A stretch of 64,000 bases of DNA from Candidatus Aminicenantes bacterium (GCA_026393865.1 JAPKZI010000044.1:571-64570); one strand, 5' to 3'; positions 1-10,149 are shown, counted from the first letter of the stretch. The notes: a model not told the origin generated them from the sequence alone. Made by a program: numbers and translations.

Positions 1-854
1 GGATGAACCTGGGACCGGTCAAACTTGTCAAGGACATCAACGGTCGGCCCAATCTCATCGGGGACGGCATCAATGTCGCCCAGCGGGTGATGGCTTTCGC
101 CCAGCCCGGGCAGGTCCTTGTCTCCCGATCTTATTATGAAGTCGTTTCCTGCCTTTCCCAGGAGTATGCCCAGCTTTTCCACTATCTGGGAATGAAAGCG
201 GACAAGCATATCCGGGAGCATGAGATCTACGCGGTCGAACAAGTGAAGGGAAAAAGTCCTGCGCCGGCTCCTCCCGACAAAGAGATGCAGAAGCCGGCGC
301 CGGAAGGGGAGTCCCACGATGAACGGATCAGCCCTATCACCGTGGAGAAGACGAAGCCGATAACAGCCGACCGGACGGCGCCGAGAGATGCCGAAAGCCT
401 TAAATCCAAGCTCCCCGACAAGAAAACGAGCAAGATTTATTATGGACTCGTCCCTCTGGCGATCGTGTTGGCGGTAGTGGCGTTCCTGGTCTTGTTCAAA
501 TCCAAATCCGCGGACACTTCCGGAGATCTCAAAGACGGACAGGCCGATGTCGCCCCCGATCTCAAGACGGAAGAACCCCCCGGGAAACAAGTCGAAAAAG
601 ATCCGACCGTTTCCAAACCGTCGACTCAGGTCATCGCCGCCAAGGCCTCGGCGTTCATCCTGCTCGAGATCAAACCCTCCGGCGATATTTATGTGGATGG
701 GAAAATGATGGGTTCGTCGCCTCCCATGGAGTTCGTCCAGGTCCCTCCGGGGCGGCATAAGATCGAGATCAAAAATTCAGCCTTTAAAGCCTATACTCAG
801 ACCGTCGAGCTCAAGCCCAGCGAGAACATCAAAATCTCCCACGTCTTTCGCTGA
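1..854 (+). CDS. Class III adenylate/guanylate cyclase, C-terminal part (5' end outside window), then low-complexity linker, one TM helix and a C-terminal PEGA domain
   Basis: Frame-3 ORF open to the window edge. 'GDGINVAQRVMAFAQPGQVLVS' resembles the C-terminal catalytic-core motif of class III cyclases. TM-like 'YYGLVPLAIVLAVVAFLVLF'. C-terminal 'IKPSGDIYVDGKMMGSSPPMEFVQVPPGRHKIEI' fits the PEGA pattern. Confidence 0.6.
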   Translation, partial: MNLGPVKLVKDINGRPNLIGDGINVAQRVMAFAQPGQVLVSRSYYEVVSCLSQEYAQLFHYLGMKADKHIREHEIYAVEQVKGKSPAPAPPDKEMQKPAPEGESHDERISPITVEKTKPITADRTAPRDAESLKSKLPDKKTSKIYYGLVPLAIVLAVVAFLVLFKSKSADTSGDLKDGQADVAPDLKTEEPPGKQVEKDPTVSKPSTQVIAAKASAFILLEIKPSGDIYVDGKMMGSSPPMEFVQVPPGRHKIEIKNSAFKAYTQTVELKPSENIKISHVFR

Positions 855-920
855 TCCGAACGTTTTTTTCTTATTCTTTTTCAATTTCCGCGCCGCCGTT
901 TATATCGCCGCCGCGCGGCT

Positions 921-948
921 TTGACTAATGCTCTAAAAATGTTAGAAT
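921..948 (+). promoter_or_regulatory. sigma70-like promoter for tRNA-Ser
   Basis: TTGACT (921-926), 16-nt spacer, TAGAAT (943-948), about 24 nt upstream of the tRNA 5' end. Confidence 0.45.
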
Positions 949-971
949 AGCGCCGCCTTCCAGGCTGACGC

Positions 972-1062
972 GGAGAGGTGCTGGAGTGGTCGATCAGGAG
1001 CGCCTGCTAAGCGCTTGTCTCGGCTCAAACCGGGACCGCGGGTTCGAATCCCGCCCTCTCCG
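972..1062 (+). tRNA. tRNA-Ser (anticodon GCU), long variable arm, no encoded CCA
   Basis: Acceptor GGAGAGG/CCTCTCC. Anticodon stem AGCGC/GCGCT with loop CTGCTAA (GCT anticodon). Long variable stem-loop GTCTCGG-ctcaaa-CCGGGAC. T arm GCGGG-TTCGAAT-CCCGC. Discriminator G. Confidence 0.93.
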
Positions 1063-1144
1063 TACCTTTCCCAAAACGCTGACAAATCCCCCCTTGATTC
1101 GCAACAAAGCGTTTCGGCCATCTTCGGAGAAGGAGAGAATCATC

Positions 1145-4100
1145 ATGCGACTGAGGACTTGTCTTGCGATTTTCGTGATCCTGACCATGACGACGATGTT
1201 CGGCTGTCAAAATACCCGGGAAACGGTTCCGGCGGACTCCTACGCTTCCGTCCTAAAAACGTTCCAGGACCCGCCTTCGGAGTTCCGCAGCGCCCCTCTC
1301 TGGGTTTGGAACGACCGCGTCACCGAACGTCAGATCGAAGACCAGTTGGCCGATTTCAAGGCGCACGGGATCGGCGGCGTCTTCGTCCATCCCCGGCCCG
1401 GCCTCATCACGCCCTATCTGTCCGAGGAGTGGCTGTCTCTTTTCCGGCACGCCGTGGAGATCGGCAAGAGGCTCGATCTGAAGATCTGGATCTACGACGA
1501 GAATTCCTATCCGTCCGGATTCGCCGGCGGCCACGTTCCGGCCCAGATGCCGGACGCGTCGCGGACCGGCCTGCGCCTGGTCAGGGCCGAGACGCTGCCG
1601 GCCGCGTTCGAAAACGAGCCCCTGGTCGTCTTAAGGAAGTCGGCCTCGGGCTTCGACGATATCACCTCGGAGGCGCGTGCCAAGGGGAAAGAGCTGGGCC
1701 GCGGCGACTTCTATATCTTCGACCTGAACCGGCAAAAACCGAATCCCTGGTACGGCGGATTCACTTATGTCGATCTTATGCGCCGCGACGTTACCGAGAA
1801 ATTCCTGGACGTGACGCTCAACGCTTACAAGCGCGCCGCCGGCGCCGATTTCGGCGGCACGGTCCCCGGCGTTTTCCAAGACGAGGCCGAGATCAATCCG
1901 GCCGGCGGTCCGAACATGACCGTCGTCAATTACACGCCGGCCCTCTTCGAGAAATTCCGGGCCAAATGGGGCTATGACCTCAAACCGCATCTTCCCTCGC
2001 TCTTCGACGAGGTCGGGGACTGGAGCCGTGTCCGGCACGATTTCTACGCGACCCTCCTCGACTTGTTCATCGAGGGCTGGGCCAAACCGTATTTCGATTA
2101 TGCGGCCCGGAACAATTTAATCTTCAGCGGGCATTACTGGGAGCATGAATGGCCGCGGCCGGTGGTCAACCCGGACAACCTGGCCTTCGCCGCCTACGCC
2201 CACATGCCCGGCATCGATATCCTCATGAACGACTTCCAGACGGACACCCATGCCCAGTTCGGCAACGCCCGGGCGGTGAAAGAGATCCGAAGCGCGGCCA
2301 ATCAATCGGGAGCGAAGCGGACCATGTCCGAGACCTTCGGCGCGGCCGGATGGGACCTGACCTTCTTCGATCAGAAACGGATCGCGGATTGGGAATACGC
2401 GCTGGGGGTCAACTTCATCAACCAGCACCTGTCCTACGTGACGATCATGGGAGCCCGCAAGCGTGATCATCCCCAATCCTTCTCCTATCACGAGCCCTGG
2501 TGGCCGGCGTACAAGGTTTTGGCCGATTATTTCGGCCGCCTCTCCGTCGCCCTGTCCTTGGGAGAGCAGGAGAACCGGATCCTCGTCCTCGAACCGACGA
2601 CGACCGCTTGGATGGTCCAATCGCCCCGCGGCGAGACGGACAAGATGAAGGCCATCGGACGGGAATTTCAGGATTTCGTCAACGGGCTCGAGGAGAATCA
2701 GATCGAATACGATCTCGGCAGCGAGTTCACCCTCAAGGAGTCGGGGAAGGTCGAGGGGGGAAAAATGATCCTCGGCAAGCGCTCCTATGACCTGGTTGTC
2801 CTCCCCCCCGGTATGGATAACGTGGAGGGGCCGACCCTCGTTCTCTTGAGCGAATACGCTTCGAAAGGGGGGAAGGTCCTCTCCGGGCCGACGACGCCCT
2901 CTTTTGTCGACGGGAAGCCGGACGAGCGGGTGGCGAAGCTTGTTACAGCGAACGCGAAGAATTGGGCTCAGGCGAGCCCAAGCTCATGGATCGACGACAT
3001 CGCCGGGCTTTCCCCGTCCGTCGTCGTCTTTCAAAAGAAGAACACGGACAAGAGCGGACCGGACCTTCTTTTCCATCATCGCCGGACTCTCCAGGGAGGG
3101 GATCTCCTCTTTCTGGTCAACACGAGCGGACAAAAGGCCTCCGCGGGGACGATGACCGCCGCCGCCGCGTTCTGTGAAGAATGGGATCCTTTTACGGGTC
3201 AGGTCAAGCCCTATCCTTTCAAGATCGTCGGCGGCCGGTTGAACCTGGATTATGACCTCCCGCCGGGCGGGAGCCTCCTCTTCGGTCTGCGGCCGGACAA
3301 GATCGAACCATCGGATCAGCCGGTCGTCCATGAAGAGGACCTCAGTCCCCAAAAGTCCCTGAGCGTCCAACGGGATTCTCCGAACGTCCTGACGCTCGAC
3401 TACTGCGACTTGACCTTGGGAGGAAAGACGGAAAAGGACCTCTATTTTTACGAGGCCCAGCTCAAAACGTTCCGGCATCATGGACTCGATCGGAATCCCT
3501 GGGACAGCGCGGTCCAATACAAGACCAACATCCTGGATAAAGATAAATTTCGGCCGGATTCCGGTTTCGAAGCGACCTTCCGGTTTTTGCTCGGGGGAGG
3601 GGTACCGACGGCGTCGCTCCGGGCGGTGGTCGAGCGGCCCCACCTTTATCGGGTTTCCATCAACGATCGTGGGATCGAGCCTCTCAAGGACCAGTGGTGG
3701 CTGGACCGCGCCTTCGGCGTCTACGAGATCGGTCCCTTCGTCAGGACGGGAGAGAACCGGATCACGCTCAAAGCCGAACCGTTCACCATCCACTCCGAGC
3801 TCGAGCCGATCTATATTCTGGGCGACTTCGGGATCGAGAGCGCGGTGAAGGGCTTCAGGGTCATTCCGGCGGCCTCGTTGAGCCTTGGGCCTTGGAATGG
3901 ACAAGGTCTGCCGCTGTATTCCGGCACCGTGACCTATCAAAAGAGCTATGATCTGAGTCCCGGGGACATCAAAAAGGACCGGATCTTCCTCGAGCTCGGT
4001 TCGTGGAAAGGAGCTGTAGCCGAGGTCTTCGTCAACGGAAGATCGGCCGGGTTCATCGCCTTCGCCCCGTTCCGGCTCGACATCACGAGCTTCATCGCGT

Positions 4101-4312
4101 CCGGCGCCAATGAGGTCAAAGTCGCCGTTTGCGGCACGCTCAAGAACACCCTCGGCCCGTTCCACAATGACCCCGCGCTGGGCCGGGCCTGGCCGGGATC
4201 GTTCCAGCAAGGCGCGAAGGGGGGCTATCCTCCCGGTTCGAAATACAGCCTCGTCGGCTACGGGCTGTTCGAGGATTTTAAACTCGTCCGTTTCCGACTC
4301 GCCGACGATTGA
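1145..4312 (+). CDS. Large secreted lipoprotein glycoside hydrolase, GH106-like (alpha-L-rhamnosidase-type) with C-terminal sugar-binding-like region
   Basis: ATG 1145 preceded by GGAGAAGGAGAG. Lipobox signal 'MRLRTCLAIFVILTMTTMFGC'. N-terminal 'FQDPPSEFRSAPLWVWNDRVTERQIEDQLADFKAHGIGGVFVHPRPG' matches the typical start of this glycosidase family from memory. The track ORF start at 986 overlaps the tRNA. Confidence 0.6.
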   Translation: MRLRTCLAIFVILTMTTMFGCQNTRETVPADSYASVLKTFQDPPSEFRSAPLWVWNDRVTERQIEDQLADFKAHGIGGVFVHPRPGLITPYLSEEWLSLFRHAVEIGKRLDLKIWIYDENSYPSGFAGGHVPAQMPDASRTGLRLVRAETLPAAFENEPLVVLRKSASGFDDITSEARAKGKELGRGDFYIFDLNRQKPNPWYGGFTYVDLMRRDVTEKFLDVTLNAYKRAAGADFGGTVPGVFQDEAEINPAGGPNMTVVNYTPALFEKFRAKWGYDLKPHLPSLFDEVGDWSRVRHDFYATLLDLFIEGWAKPYFDYAARNNLIFSGHYWEHEWPRPVVNPDNLAFAAYAHMPGIDILMNDFQTDTHAQFGNARAVKEIRSAANQSGAKRTMSETFGAAGWDLTFFDQKRIADWEYALGVNFINQHLSYVTIMGARKRDHPQSFSYHEPWWPAYKVLADYFGRLSVALSLGEQENRILVLEPTTTAWMVQSPRGETDKMKAIGREFQDFVNGLEENQIEYDLGSEFTLKESGKVEGGKMILGKRSYDLVVLPPGMDNVEGPTLVLLSEYASKGGKVLSGPTTPSFVDGKPDERVAKLVTANAKNWAQASPSSWIDDIAGLSPSVVVFQKKNTDKSGPDLLFHHRRTLQGGDLLFLVNTSGQKASAGTMTAAAAFCEEWDPFTGQVKPYPFKIVGGRLNLDYDLPPGGSLLFGLRPDKIEPSDQPVVHEEDLSPQKSLSVQRDSPNVLTLDYCDLTLGGKTEKDLYFYEAQLKTFRHHGLDRNPWDSAVQYKTNILDKDKFRPDSGFEATFRFLLGGGVPTASLRAVVERPHLYRVSINDRGIEPLKDQWWLDRAFGVYEIGPFVRTGENRITLKAEPFTIHSELEPIYILGDFGIESAVKGFRVIPAASLSLGPWNGQGLPLYSGTVTYQKSYDLSPGDIKKDRIFLELGSWKGAVAEVFVNGRSAGFIAFAPFRLDITSFIASGANEVKVAVCGTLKNTLGPFHNDPALGRAWPGSFQQGAKGGYPPGSKYSLVGYGLFEDFKLVRFRLADD

Positions 4313-4405
4313 CTCCGCTATCGTCATGCGGTATAAAGGGGCACGACCCTGAGGCAAAGATCGGCCTGAGCGGATCCCGCTCAAGGTTCTGAACAGGAGA
4401 CCCGC

Positions 4406-5923
4406 GTGACGATGAGAACCGGCTTTGACAACGAGAAATACCTGAGAGAGCAGACGGCCGCGATCCTCGAGCGGGTCGGCAATTCGGAGGGCAAGCTTTA
4501 CCTGGAATTCGGGGGAAAGATCCTCTTCGACTTCCACGCGTCGCGCGTCCTGCCCGGCTTCGACCCCAATGTCAAGATGCGGCTGCTCCAGCTGCTCAAG
4601 GACAAGGCCGATATCCTTCTTTGCATCTACGCCGGCGATATCGAACGCAAGAAGGTCCGGGCGGATTTCGGCATCACCTACGACGTCGACGCGCTCAAGC
4701 TCATCGACGACTTGTCGGACTGGGGCATCGGGGTGCACGGCGTCGTGATCACCCGGTTCGACAACCAGCCCTCGGCCCGCGTTTTCAAGAACAAGCTCGA
4801 ACGCCGCGGGGTCAAAGTCTACACCCACAGCTTCACCAAGGGCTATCCGACGGATGTGGATCTCATCGTCAGCGACCTCGGCTACGGGGCCAACGAGTAT
4901 ATCGAGACCGAGAAACCGCTCGTCGTCGTGACCGGCCCGGGGCCGGGCAGCGGCAAGCTGGCCACGTGTCTGTCCCAGCTCTACCACGACTACCGGCGCG
5001 GCCATCGGTCGGGCTACGCCAAGTTCGAGACCTTTCCCATCTGGAACCTCCCTCTCAAACACCCGGTCAATGTGGCTTACGAAGCGGCCACGGCCGATAT
5101 TCAGGACTTCAACCTGGTCGATCCCTTCCACCTCGAAGCGTACGGGACGGTGTCCATCAACTACAACCGCGACGTCGAGATCTTCCCCGTGCTCCGGCGG
5201 ATCCTGGAAAAGATCACCGGCGCCGAATGCCGGTACAAATCGCCGACGGACATGGGCGTCAACCGGGCCGGCTTCGGAATTACCATCGACTCCGTCGTCC
5301 GCGAAGCGGCTCTCCAGGAGCTGGTCCGGCGGTACTTCCGCTATCACTGCGAATACGCCATGGGATTCGTGGACCGGAACACGGTCGAGCGGGCGGAACT
5401 TCTCATGCGCGAGATGAAGGTCGGCCCGGAATACAGGCAAGTCGTCGAACCGGCGCGGGAGGCGGCTGAAGAAGCCCGAGTCCGGGGCAAAGGCTATAAA
5501 GGGATCTTCTGCGGCGCCGCGATCCAGCTCCGCGACGCATCGATCGTCACCGGGGAGAACTCGCCCCTCATGCATGCCGGTTCCAGCCTGATCCTCAACG
5601 CGGTCAAAAAGCTGGCCGAGATCCCCGACAAGATCCCGCTTCTCTCATCCTCGACCATCGAGGCGATCGGCCATCTCAAGAAAGACATCCTGGGGGCCAA
5701 GGCGGCCAGTATGGATGTGGAAGAGATGCTGATCAGCCTCAGCCTCAACGCCTCGGCGAACCCGATGGCCGAGCTTGCCCTGGAGAAGCTCAAGGACCTT
5801 CGAGATTGCGAGGTCCACATGACTCACATTCCTACGCCGGGCGATGAGGCGGGGCTGAAACGGCTCGGTCTCAATCTGACGAGCGACCCGAATTTTTCGA
5901 GCAAAGACCTATTCGTGACCTGA
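4406..5923 (+). CDS. UPF0371 / DUF1846 family protein
   Basis: 'GFDNEKYLREQ...KLYLEFGGKILFDFHASRVLPGFDPN', 'VVVTGPGPGSGKLATCLSQLYHD', 'YAKFETFPIWNLPLKHPVNVAYEAATADI' are hallmark blocks of UPF0371. AGGAGA lies upstream. Start is GTG 4406 or ATG 4412. Confidence 0.8.
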   Translation: MTMRTGFDNEKYLREQTAAILERVGNSEGKLYLEFGGKILFDFHASRVLPGFDPNVKMRLLQLLKDKADILLCIYAGDIERKKVRADFGITYDVDALKLIDDLSDWGIGVHGVVITRFDNQPSARVFKNKLERRGVKVYTHSFTKGYPTDVDLIVSDLGYGANEYIETEKPLVVVTGPGPGSGKLATCLSQLYHDYRRGHRSGYAKFETFPIWNLPLKHPVNVAYEAATADIQDFNLVDPFHLEAYGTVSINYNRDVEIFPVLRRILEKITGAECRYKSPTDMGVNRAGFGITIDSVVREAALQELVRRYFRYHCEYAMGFVDRNTVERAELLMREMKVGPEYRQVVEPAREAAEEARVRGKGYKGIFCGAAIQLRDASIVTGENSPLMHAGSSLILNAVKKLAEIPDKIPLLSSSTIEAIGHLKKDILGAKAASMDVEEMLISLSLNASANPMAELALEKLKDLRDCEVHMTHIPTPGDEAGLKRLGLNLTSDPNFSSKDLFVT

Positions 5924-5944
5924 GCCGGGGCCGAGGAAGAAGCG

Positions 5945-6571
5945 ATGAAAAGCCTCTGGCGTTATCTCGGAGGGACCCTCTTTCACCCGGGCCGCACGTT
6001 CCAAGCGCTCCAGTCCGATCCGAAAATGGTCTCCAAGGGTTTCAAAGCGATCTTGCTCGTCGGGATCCTTTATACCCTGACTGTGGCCATGCTCGCCGCC
6101 GGCGGCGCCCTGATCACGGCTCCGGCCGTCATCGCCATCTCCGCGGAGAACTATTATTTCTTCGAGATGTTCTTCGCCCTGCCCGTCGTCGCGGCGGGTT
6201 GGATCCTGGCCGCGGGCTTCGCCCGGCTCTTGAGCAAATCGGGGAAGGGGAGGGGGAGCTTTGAGGGGACGTTGGCGGCGCTCGGTTTCGCCGTCACGGT
6301 CCCCCTGTTCGTGACCTGGATACCCGAGACGATTTTCGCCGCCTTGCTTCTTTTGGGCATGACCCAGGAGGAGTTCATGGATCTCATGGCCCAGCCGGGA
6401 TTCTTCCAGATCTTCGGATGGGCTTACCAGATCGCGGCTGTGGCCTGGCTGCTGGTCCTGATCATAATCGCGGTCGGCATCAGCCAGAAACTCAAATGGG
6501 GACGGGCGGTCCTCGTCGGCCTGCTGACCACGGTCCTTTTCATGACGGTCATGCTCATCTTCATCCGATGA
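5945..6571 (+). CDS. Yip1-like polytopic membrane protein
   Basis: 208 aa with about 5 hydrophobic helices. N-terminal 'LFHPGRTFQAL' is typical of Yip1-domain proteins. Its stop overlaps the next start (ATGA). Confidence 0.45.
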   Translation: MKSLWRYLGGTLFHPGRTFQALQSDPKMVSKGFKAILLVGILYTLTVAMLAAGGALITAPAVIAISAENYYFFEMFFALPVVAAGWILAAGFARLLSKSGKGRGSFEGTLAALGFAVTVPLFVTWIPETIFAALLLLGMTQEEFMDLMAQPGFFQIFGWAYQIAAVAWLLVLIIIAVGISQKLKWGRAVLVGLLTTVLFMTVMLIFIR

Positions 6572-8586
6572 TCAACGTCAAGGAGCATATCTACCACGAC
6601 GATCCGAACGTCGGACCCCCCGACATCCGCACGGAGTTGAAGAACGTCGATTATTTTTTCCTCGGCAACGGACTGATCCAGGCCGCGGTCCAGGCGGCCC
6701 CGGCCGGCGATGGGACCCCCGTCGGGCTGCTCATCATGGACCCGGAGCGTCTCCGGAAAAAGCGGGACGCCCTGACAATGGACGCTCAAACCGGCCTGGC
6801 GCCGACGATGCTCCATATCGCCGCGGAATCCGGGATCTTCACGCCGGCGACGGGACGCTTCGAGGCCTCATGGTCGCCGGAACATCGGATCCCGGCCGTC
6901 CGCGTCCGATGGGGGGATACGGTTTTGAAGGTCGAAGAATTTTTCTATTGCCCTGACAAATCCCAACCGGTCATTCTCCGCGAGGTCCGGCTCACGAACC
7001 GGAGGCGCCGGCCGGCGAGATTCGGAATCAGGACGGGCCTGCGGGGAACATTCCTGGAAAAGAGCGTCTGGCTGGGTCCCGGCGGCGAGAAAAGGCTTTT
7101 CATCCGCTATCTCCTTGACGCCGAGAATGATCAGGTCTGGATCGAGTGGACCCGCCGCTCGGCGGTCGCGTCCAAGACGGCCGCTTCCTGGACATCCTTG
7201 TCCCGGATCGACTTCGGCCATCCCTTGCTCGACCATTATTGGCGGGCTTCGAAGTTCCAGCTTCCCGCCGTGATTTCACGGACCGGACGCCTGGACGGAA
7301 GCGTCTGGCAGTATAACCGCGAATGGCTGAGGGACCAGGCCGTGATCGCCTTGGCCCTGACCATGATCGGAGAGCGGGACTTGGCCGGGACGATGTTCGA
7401 GCGTTTGTTCGATCGCTTCGTGACCGCCGAGGGCGATACGATCGATTCGAGCGAGAAGCGCGCCCCCGAAGAGGTCGAGCTCGACCAGAACGGGTTTCTG
7501 CTTTATACGTTCAAGGACTATGTCTTGTGGACGGGGGATGCCGGCCTCGCCCGTAAATATTGGGACAAAATCGTCGTCGCCGCGGAGTTCCCCCTCAAGG
7601 ATACATTCCGCCATCGGCCGAGCGGTCTTCTGGCCAACCGGCGGGAGTTCTGGGAAAGGCACCAGGCCCACGGGATCGAGCCGGGGATCGAGCTCGTTCA
7701 CCAGCTCTTCACATCGTTCGGACTGAGCGCGGCGGCCGTTCTGGCCCGCAAGCTAGGCCGCGAGGAAAACGCCGTCCGCTGGGACGGCGAAGCGCTCAGG
7801 CTCAAAACGGCGATGCTCGAAGATCCCGAATTCCGGATGATCGACGAACGGGGATTCGTCAAACGGCGAAGGGCGGACGGCCCCGTTCAGGAGACCATCA
7901 CGGCCCGGCCCGATTCAGGCCTGCCGGCGGAAGCGCCCTTGGCGAAGCCGGGTGATCATTTTCTCAATCCCGACACGTCCACGATGCTGCCCATCGCTCT
8001 CGGATTCGTTCCGCCGGAATCCCCGCTCTGCCGCCTGACGCTGGCCTCTCTCGAAACGCTTTGGAACCAGGCTTGGCAAGGCGGAGGCTACGGCCGATAT
8101 CATGCCAGTTCGGAGCCCGATTCACCCGGGGCCTGGCCGTTCCCCTCCCTGTTCGCGGCCCGGGCCTCGGTCGAGATGGAGCTTTTCGACAACGTCTGGC
8201 GGATCTTGAATTGGCTGGCCGCCGTTTCCGGCGCCGGGGCAGGTACGTGGTTCGAGTTTTACGGAAAAAGGCTGGCGCCTCCGTTCCCCCAGGTCGGGAT
8301 CGTTCCCTGGAATTGGGCGGAAATGGTCATTCTTTTCGTTCATCATATTCTCGGCGTGCAGCCTCAGGAAGGCGGCTTGCGCCTGCGGCCGAGACTTCTG
8401 CCGGGCTTAAGCCGGATCCGGGCGTCTTTTCCTTTCCGAAAAGGACGGCTGGATCTGATCGTCGGAAGGACGAAGAAGGGAAATCCAACGAAATTTCGAA
8501 CCGACGGAAAAATCCTCGCGTCCGCTCCCGGTGAAGCGCTTTTGGCCTATCCCGACCGCGACCTGAGGGTGACCGCCCGGGTCTGA
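6568..8586 (+). CDS. GH15-like (glucoamylase/six-hairpin) glycosidase family protein
   Basis: Start chosen at ATG 6568 ('MINVKEHIYH'), overlapping the upstream stop. 'WQYNREWLRDQAVIALALTMIG' and later aromatic-rich blocks resemble the GH15 (alpha/alpha)6 catalytic domain. Confidence 0.5.
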   Translation: MINVKEHIYHDDPNVGPPDIRTELKNVDYFFLGNGLIQAAVQAAPAGDGTPVGLLIMDPERLRKKRDALTMDAQTGLAPTMLHIAAESGIFTPATGRFEASWSPEHRIPAVRVRWGDTVLKVEEFFYCPDKSQPVILREVRLTNRRRRPARFGIRTGLRGTFLEKSVWLGPGGEKRLFIRYLLDAENDQVWIEWTRRSAVASKTAASWTSLSRIDFGHPLLDHYWRASKFQLPAVISRTGRLDGSVWQYNREWLRDQAVIALALTMIGERDLAGTMFERLFDRFVTAEGDTIDSSEKRAPEEVELDQNGFLLYTFKDYVLWTGDAGLARKYWDKIVVAAEFPLKDTFRHRPSGLLANRREFWERHQAHGIEPGIELVHQLFTSFGLSAAAVLARKLGREENAVRWDGEALRLKTAMLEDPEFRMIDERGFVKRRRADGPVQETITARPDSGLPAEAPLAKPGDHFLNPDTSTMLPIALGFVPPESPLCRLTLASLETLWNQAWQGGGYGRYHASSEPDSPGAWPFPSLFAARASVEMELFDNVWRILNWLAAVSGAGAGTWFEFYGKRLAPPFPQVGIVPWNWAEMVILFVHHILGVQPQEGGLRLRPRLLPGLSRIRASFPFRKGRLDLIVGRTKKGNPTKFRTDGKILASAPGEALLAYPDRDLRVTARV

Positions 8587-8682
8587 ATGTCCTTGGTTGA
8601 TTGAAAAAAAGGGACATCCTGCGTTACACTGGGGAGCCATATCCCGGCGACCGGAAATTCATTTTATAAATCGAGCTTTGAC

Positions 8683-10080
8683 ATGAGGCCGGCTGAAGAT
8701 ATAAGAAGCGAGATTCCCGTCCCGCATCGGACCATCGTCCTCATCGTTTCGACCGCCGCGGCCTTCCTGACGCCCTTCATGTCGTCGGCCCTCAACGTGG
8801 CTCTGCCTTCGATCGGCCGGGAATTCGCGATGAACGCCGTCCTCCTCGGCTGGGTGGCGACGTCGTTCATCCTCGCGGCGGCGGTCTTTCTTGTTCCCTT
8901 CGGCAAGTTCGCCGACATTCACGGCCGCAAAAAGATCTTCGCTTGGGGAAGCCTGGCCTATGCCCTGACCTCGGTCTTATCCGCTCTCGCGCCATCGCCG
9001 GGCCTTCTTCTGGCGTCACGAGTCCTCCAGGGGATCGGCGGGGCGATGATCTTCAGCACCGGGGTGGCCATGCTCACCTCGGCCTATCCGATGAGCGAGC
9101 GGGGCAAGGTGCTCGGCATCAATGTCTCGTCCACGTACCTCGGCCTGTCGTTGGGTCCGGTGCTGGGCGGGATTTTGACCCAGAACCTGGGCTGGCGGAG
9201 CATCTTCTGGATCAACGGCGCCTTGGGCCTCGTCGTTTTCGGCCTTGTGCTCGCCTATCTCCCGGAGGAATGGGCTGAAGCGCGCGGAGAAAAATTCGAC
9301 GCCGCGGGCTCCCTGCTCCTCGGATCGACGCTCATCGCCGTCATGCTCGGCCTGTCCCGGCTCCCGAAGCCCATCGGCGGGATCTTGATCCTCGTCGGGC
9401 TCATCGCCGCCGCATTTTTTATCCGGTGGGAAATGCGGAGCTCGAATCCCGTCCTCAACATGAACCTGTTCCGTCAGAACACCGTCTTCGCCTTTTCTAA
9501 TTTGGCCGCCTTGATCAATTATTGCGCGACCTTCGCCGTGGGATTCCTGGTCAGTCTTTATCTGCAATACTTCAAAGGCCTGAGCCCGCAGAAGGCCGGC
9601 CTGATCCTCATCGCTCAACCGGTCATGATGGCGGTCTTCTCGCCCTTGACCGGACGGCTCTCGGACCGGATCGAGCCTCGTCTCCTGGCTTCGGCCGGAA
9701 TGGCCGTTTCGGTTCTGGGGCTCCTGTTGCTGTCGTTCCTCGGCCCGGCGACCGGTCTCGGATTCATCTTCGCGGCCCTCCTCGTCCTCGGCTTCGGTTT
9801 CGCCCTCTTTTCCTCGCCCAACACCAACGCCGTGATGAGCTCGGTCGAGAGACGATTTTACGGCGTCGCTTCGGCCACGCTGGGGACGATGCGGATGACC
9901 GGCCAGATGCTGAGCATGGGAACGGCCATGCTCATCTTCGCCCTCTTCCTCGGGGCGTCCCGGATCACGCCGGACGTCTTCCCCCAGTTCCTGACCGCGG
10001 TCAGAACCGCTTTTTGGTTTTTCGCCGCGCTCTGCATGGGAGGAGTTTTCGCCTCTCTGAGCCGGGGCAAACTCAGATAA
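8683..10080 (+). CDS. MFS transporter (14-TM DHA2/EmrB-like)
   Basis: 465 aa, many TM helices. 'GKFADIHGRKKIF' loop motif and 'LQGIGGAMIFSTGVAMLT' are typical of drug:H+ antiporter MFS. Confidence 0.8.
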   Translation: MRPAEDIRSEIPVPHRTIVLIVSTAAAFLTPFMSSALNVALPSIGREFAMNAVLLGWVATSFILAAAVFLVPFGKFADIHGRKKIFAWGSLAYALTSVLSALAPSPGLLLASRVLQGIGGAMIFSTGVAMLTSAYPMSERGKVLGINVSSTYLGLSLGPVLGGILTQNLGWRSIFWINGALGLVVFGLVLAYLPEEWAEARGEKFDAAGSLLLGSTLIAVMLGLSRLPKPIGGILILVGLIAAAFFIRWEMRSSNPVLNMNLFRQNTVFAFSNLAALINYCATFAVGFLVSLYLQYFKGLSPQKAGLILIAQPVMMAVFSPLTGRLSDRIEPRLLASAGMAVSVLGLLLLSFLGPATGLGFIFAALLVLGFGFALFSSPNTNAVMSSVERRFYGVASATLGTMRMTGQMLSMGTAMLIFALFLGASRITPDVFPQFLTAVRTAFWFFAALCMGGVFASLSRGKLR

Positions 10081-10149
10081 AGGGGGACATGTTCAGAATT
10101 CCTTAATTCGGATCGTGCCCCCGAATTCGAGAAACATTTTAGTCCGGAT

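Noticed and set aside
986-1144. N-terminal 53 codons of the 1108-aa track ORF (and ORFs 994..1188, 1015..1977, 1025..1210)
   Set aside because: They run through the tRNA-Ser gene. The real glycosidase start is ATG 1145, with a strong RBS and a lipoprotein signal peptide.
855-1144. Genomic island or integrative element at tRNA-Ser
   Set aside because: There is no integrase, and I found no repeat of the tRNA 3' end by eye downstream. Downstream genes have the same GC-rich composition as the rest of the window.
2984-5575. 863-aa minus-strand ORF
   Set aside because: It is antisense to the GH106-like and UPF0371 genes. Its composition is Arg/Asp/Gly/Pro/Val-rich with no recognisable motifs, typical of shadow ORFs in GC-rich DNA.
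6418-6567. N-terminal extensions of the GH15-like ORF (6418) and of glyS (30298..30612)
   Set aside because: Both overlap the preceding gene out of frame. ATG starts that overlap the upstream stop codons give normal N-termini.
8587-8625. Hairpins after the GH15-like gene (ATGTCC...GGACAT) and after the MFS gene (10081-10135, GGGGG...CCCCC) as terminators
   Set aside because: Stems are only 5-6 bp with 19-27-nt loops and no clear U-tract. Too weak to annotate.
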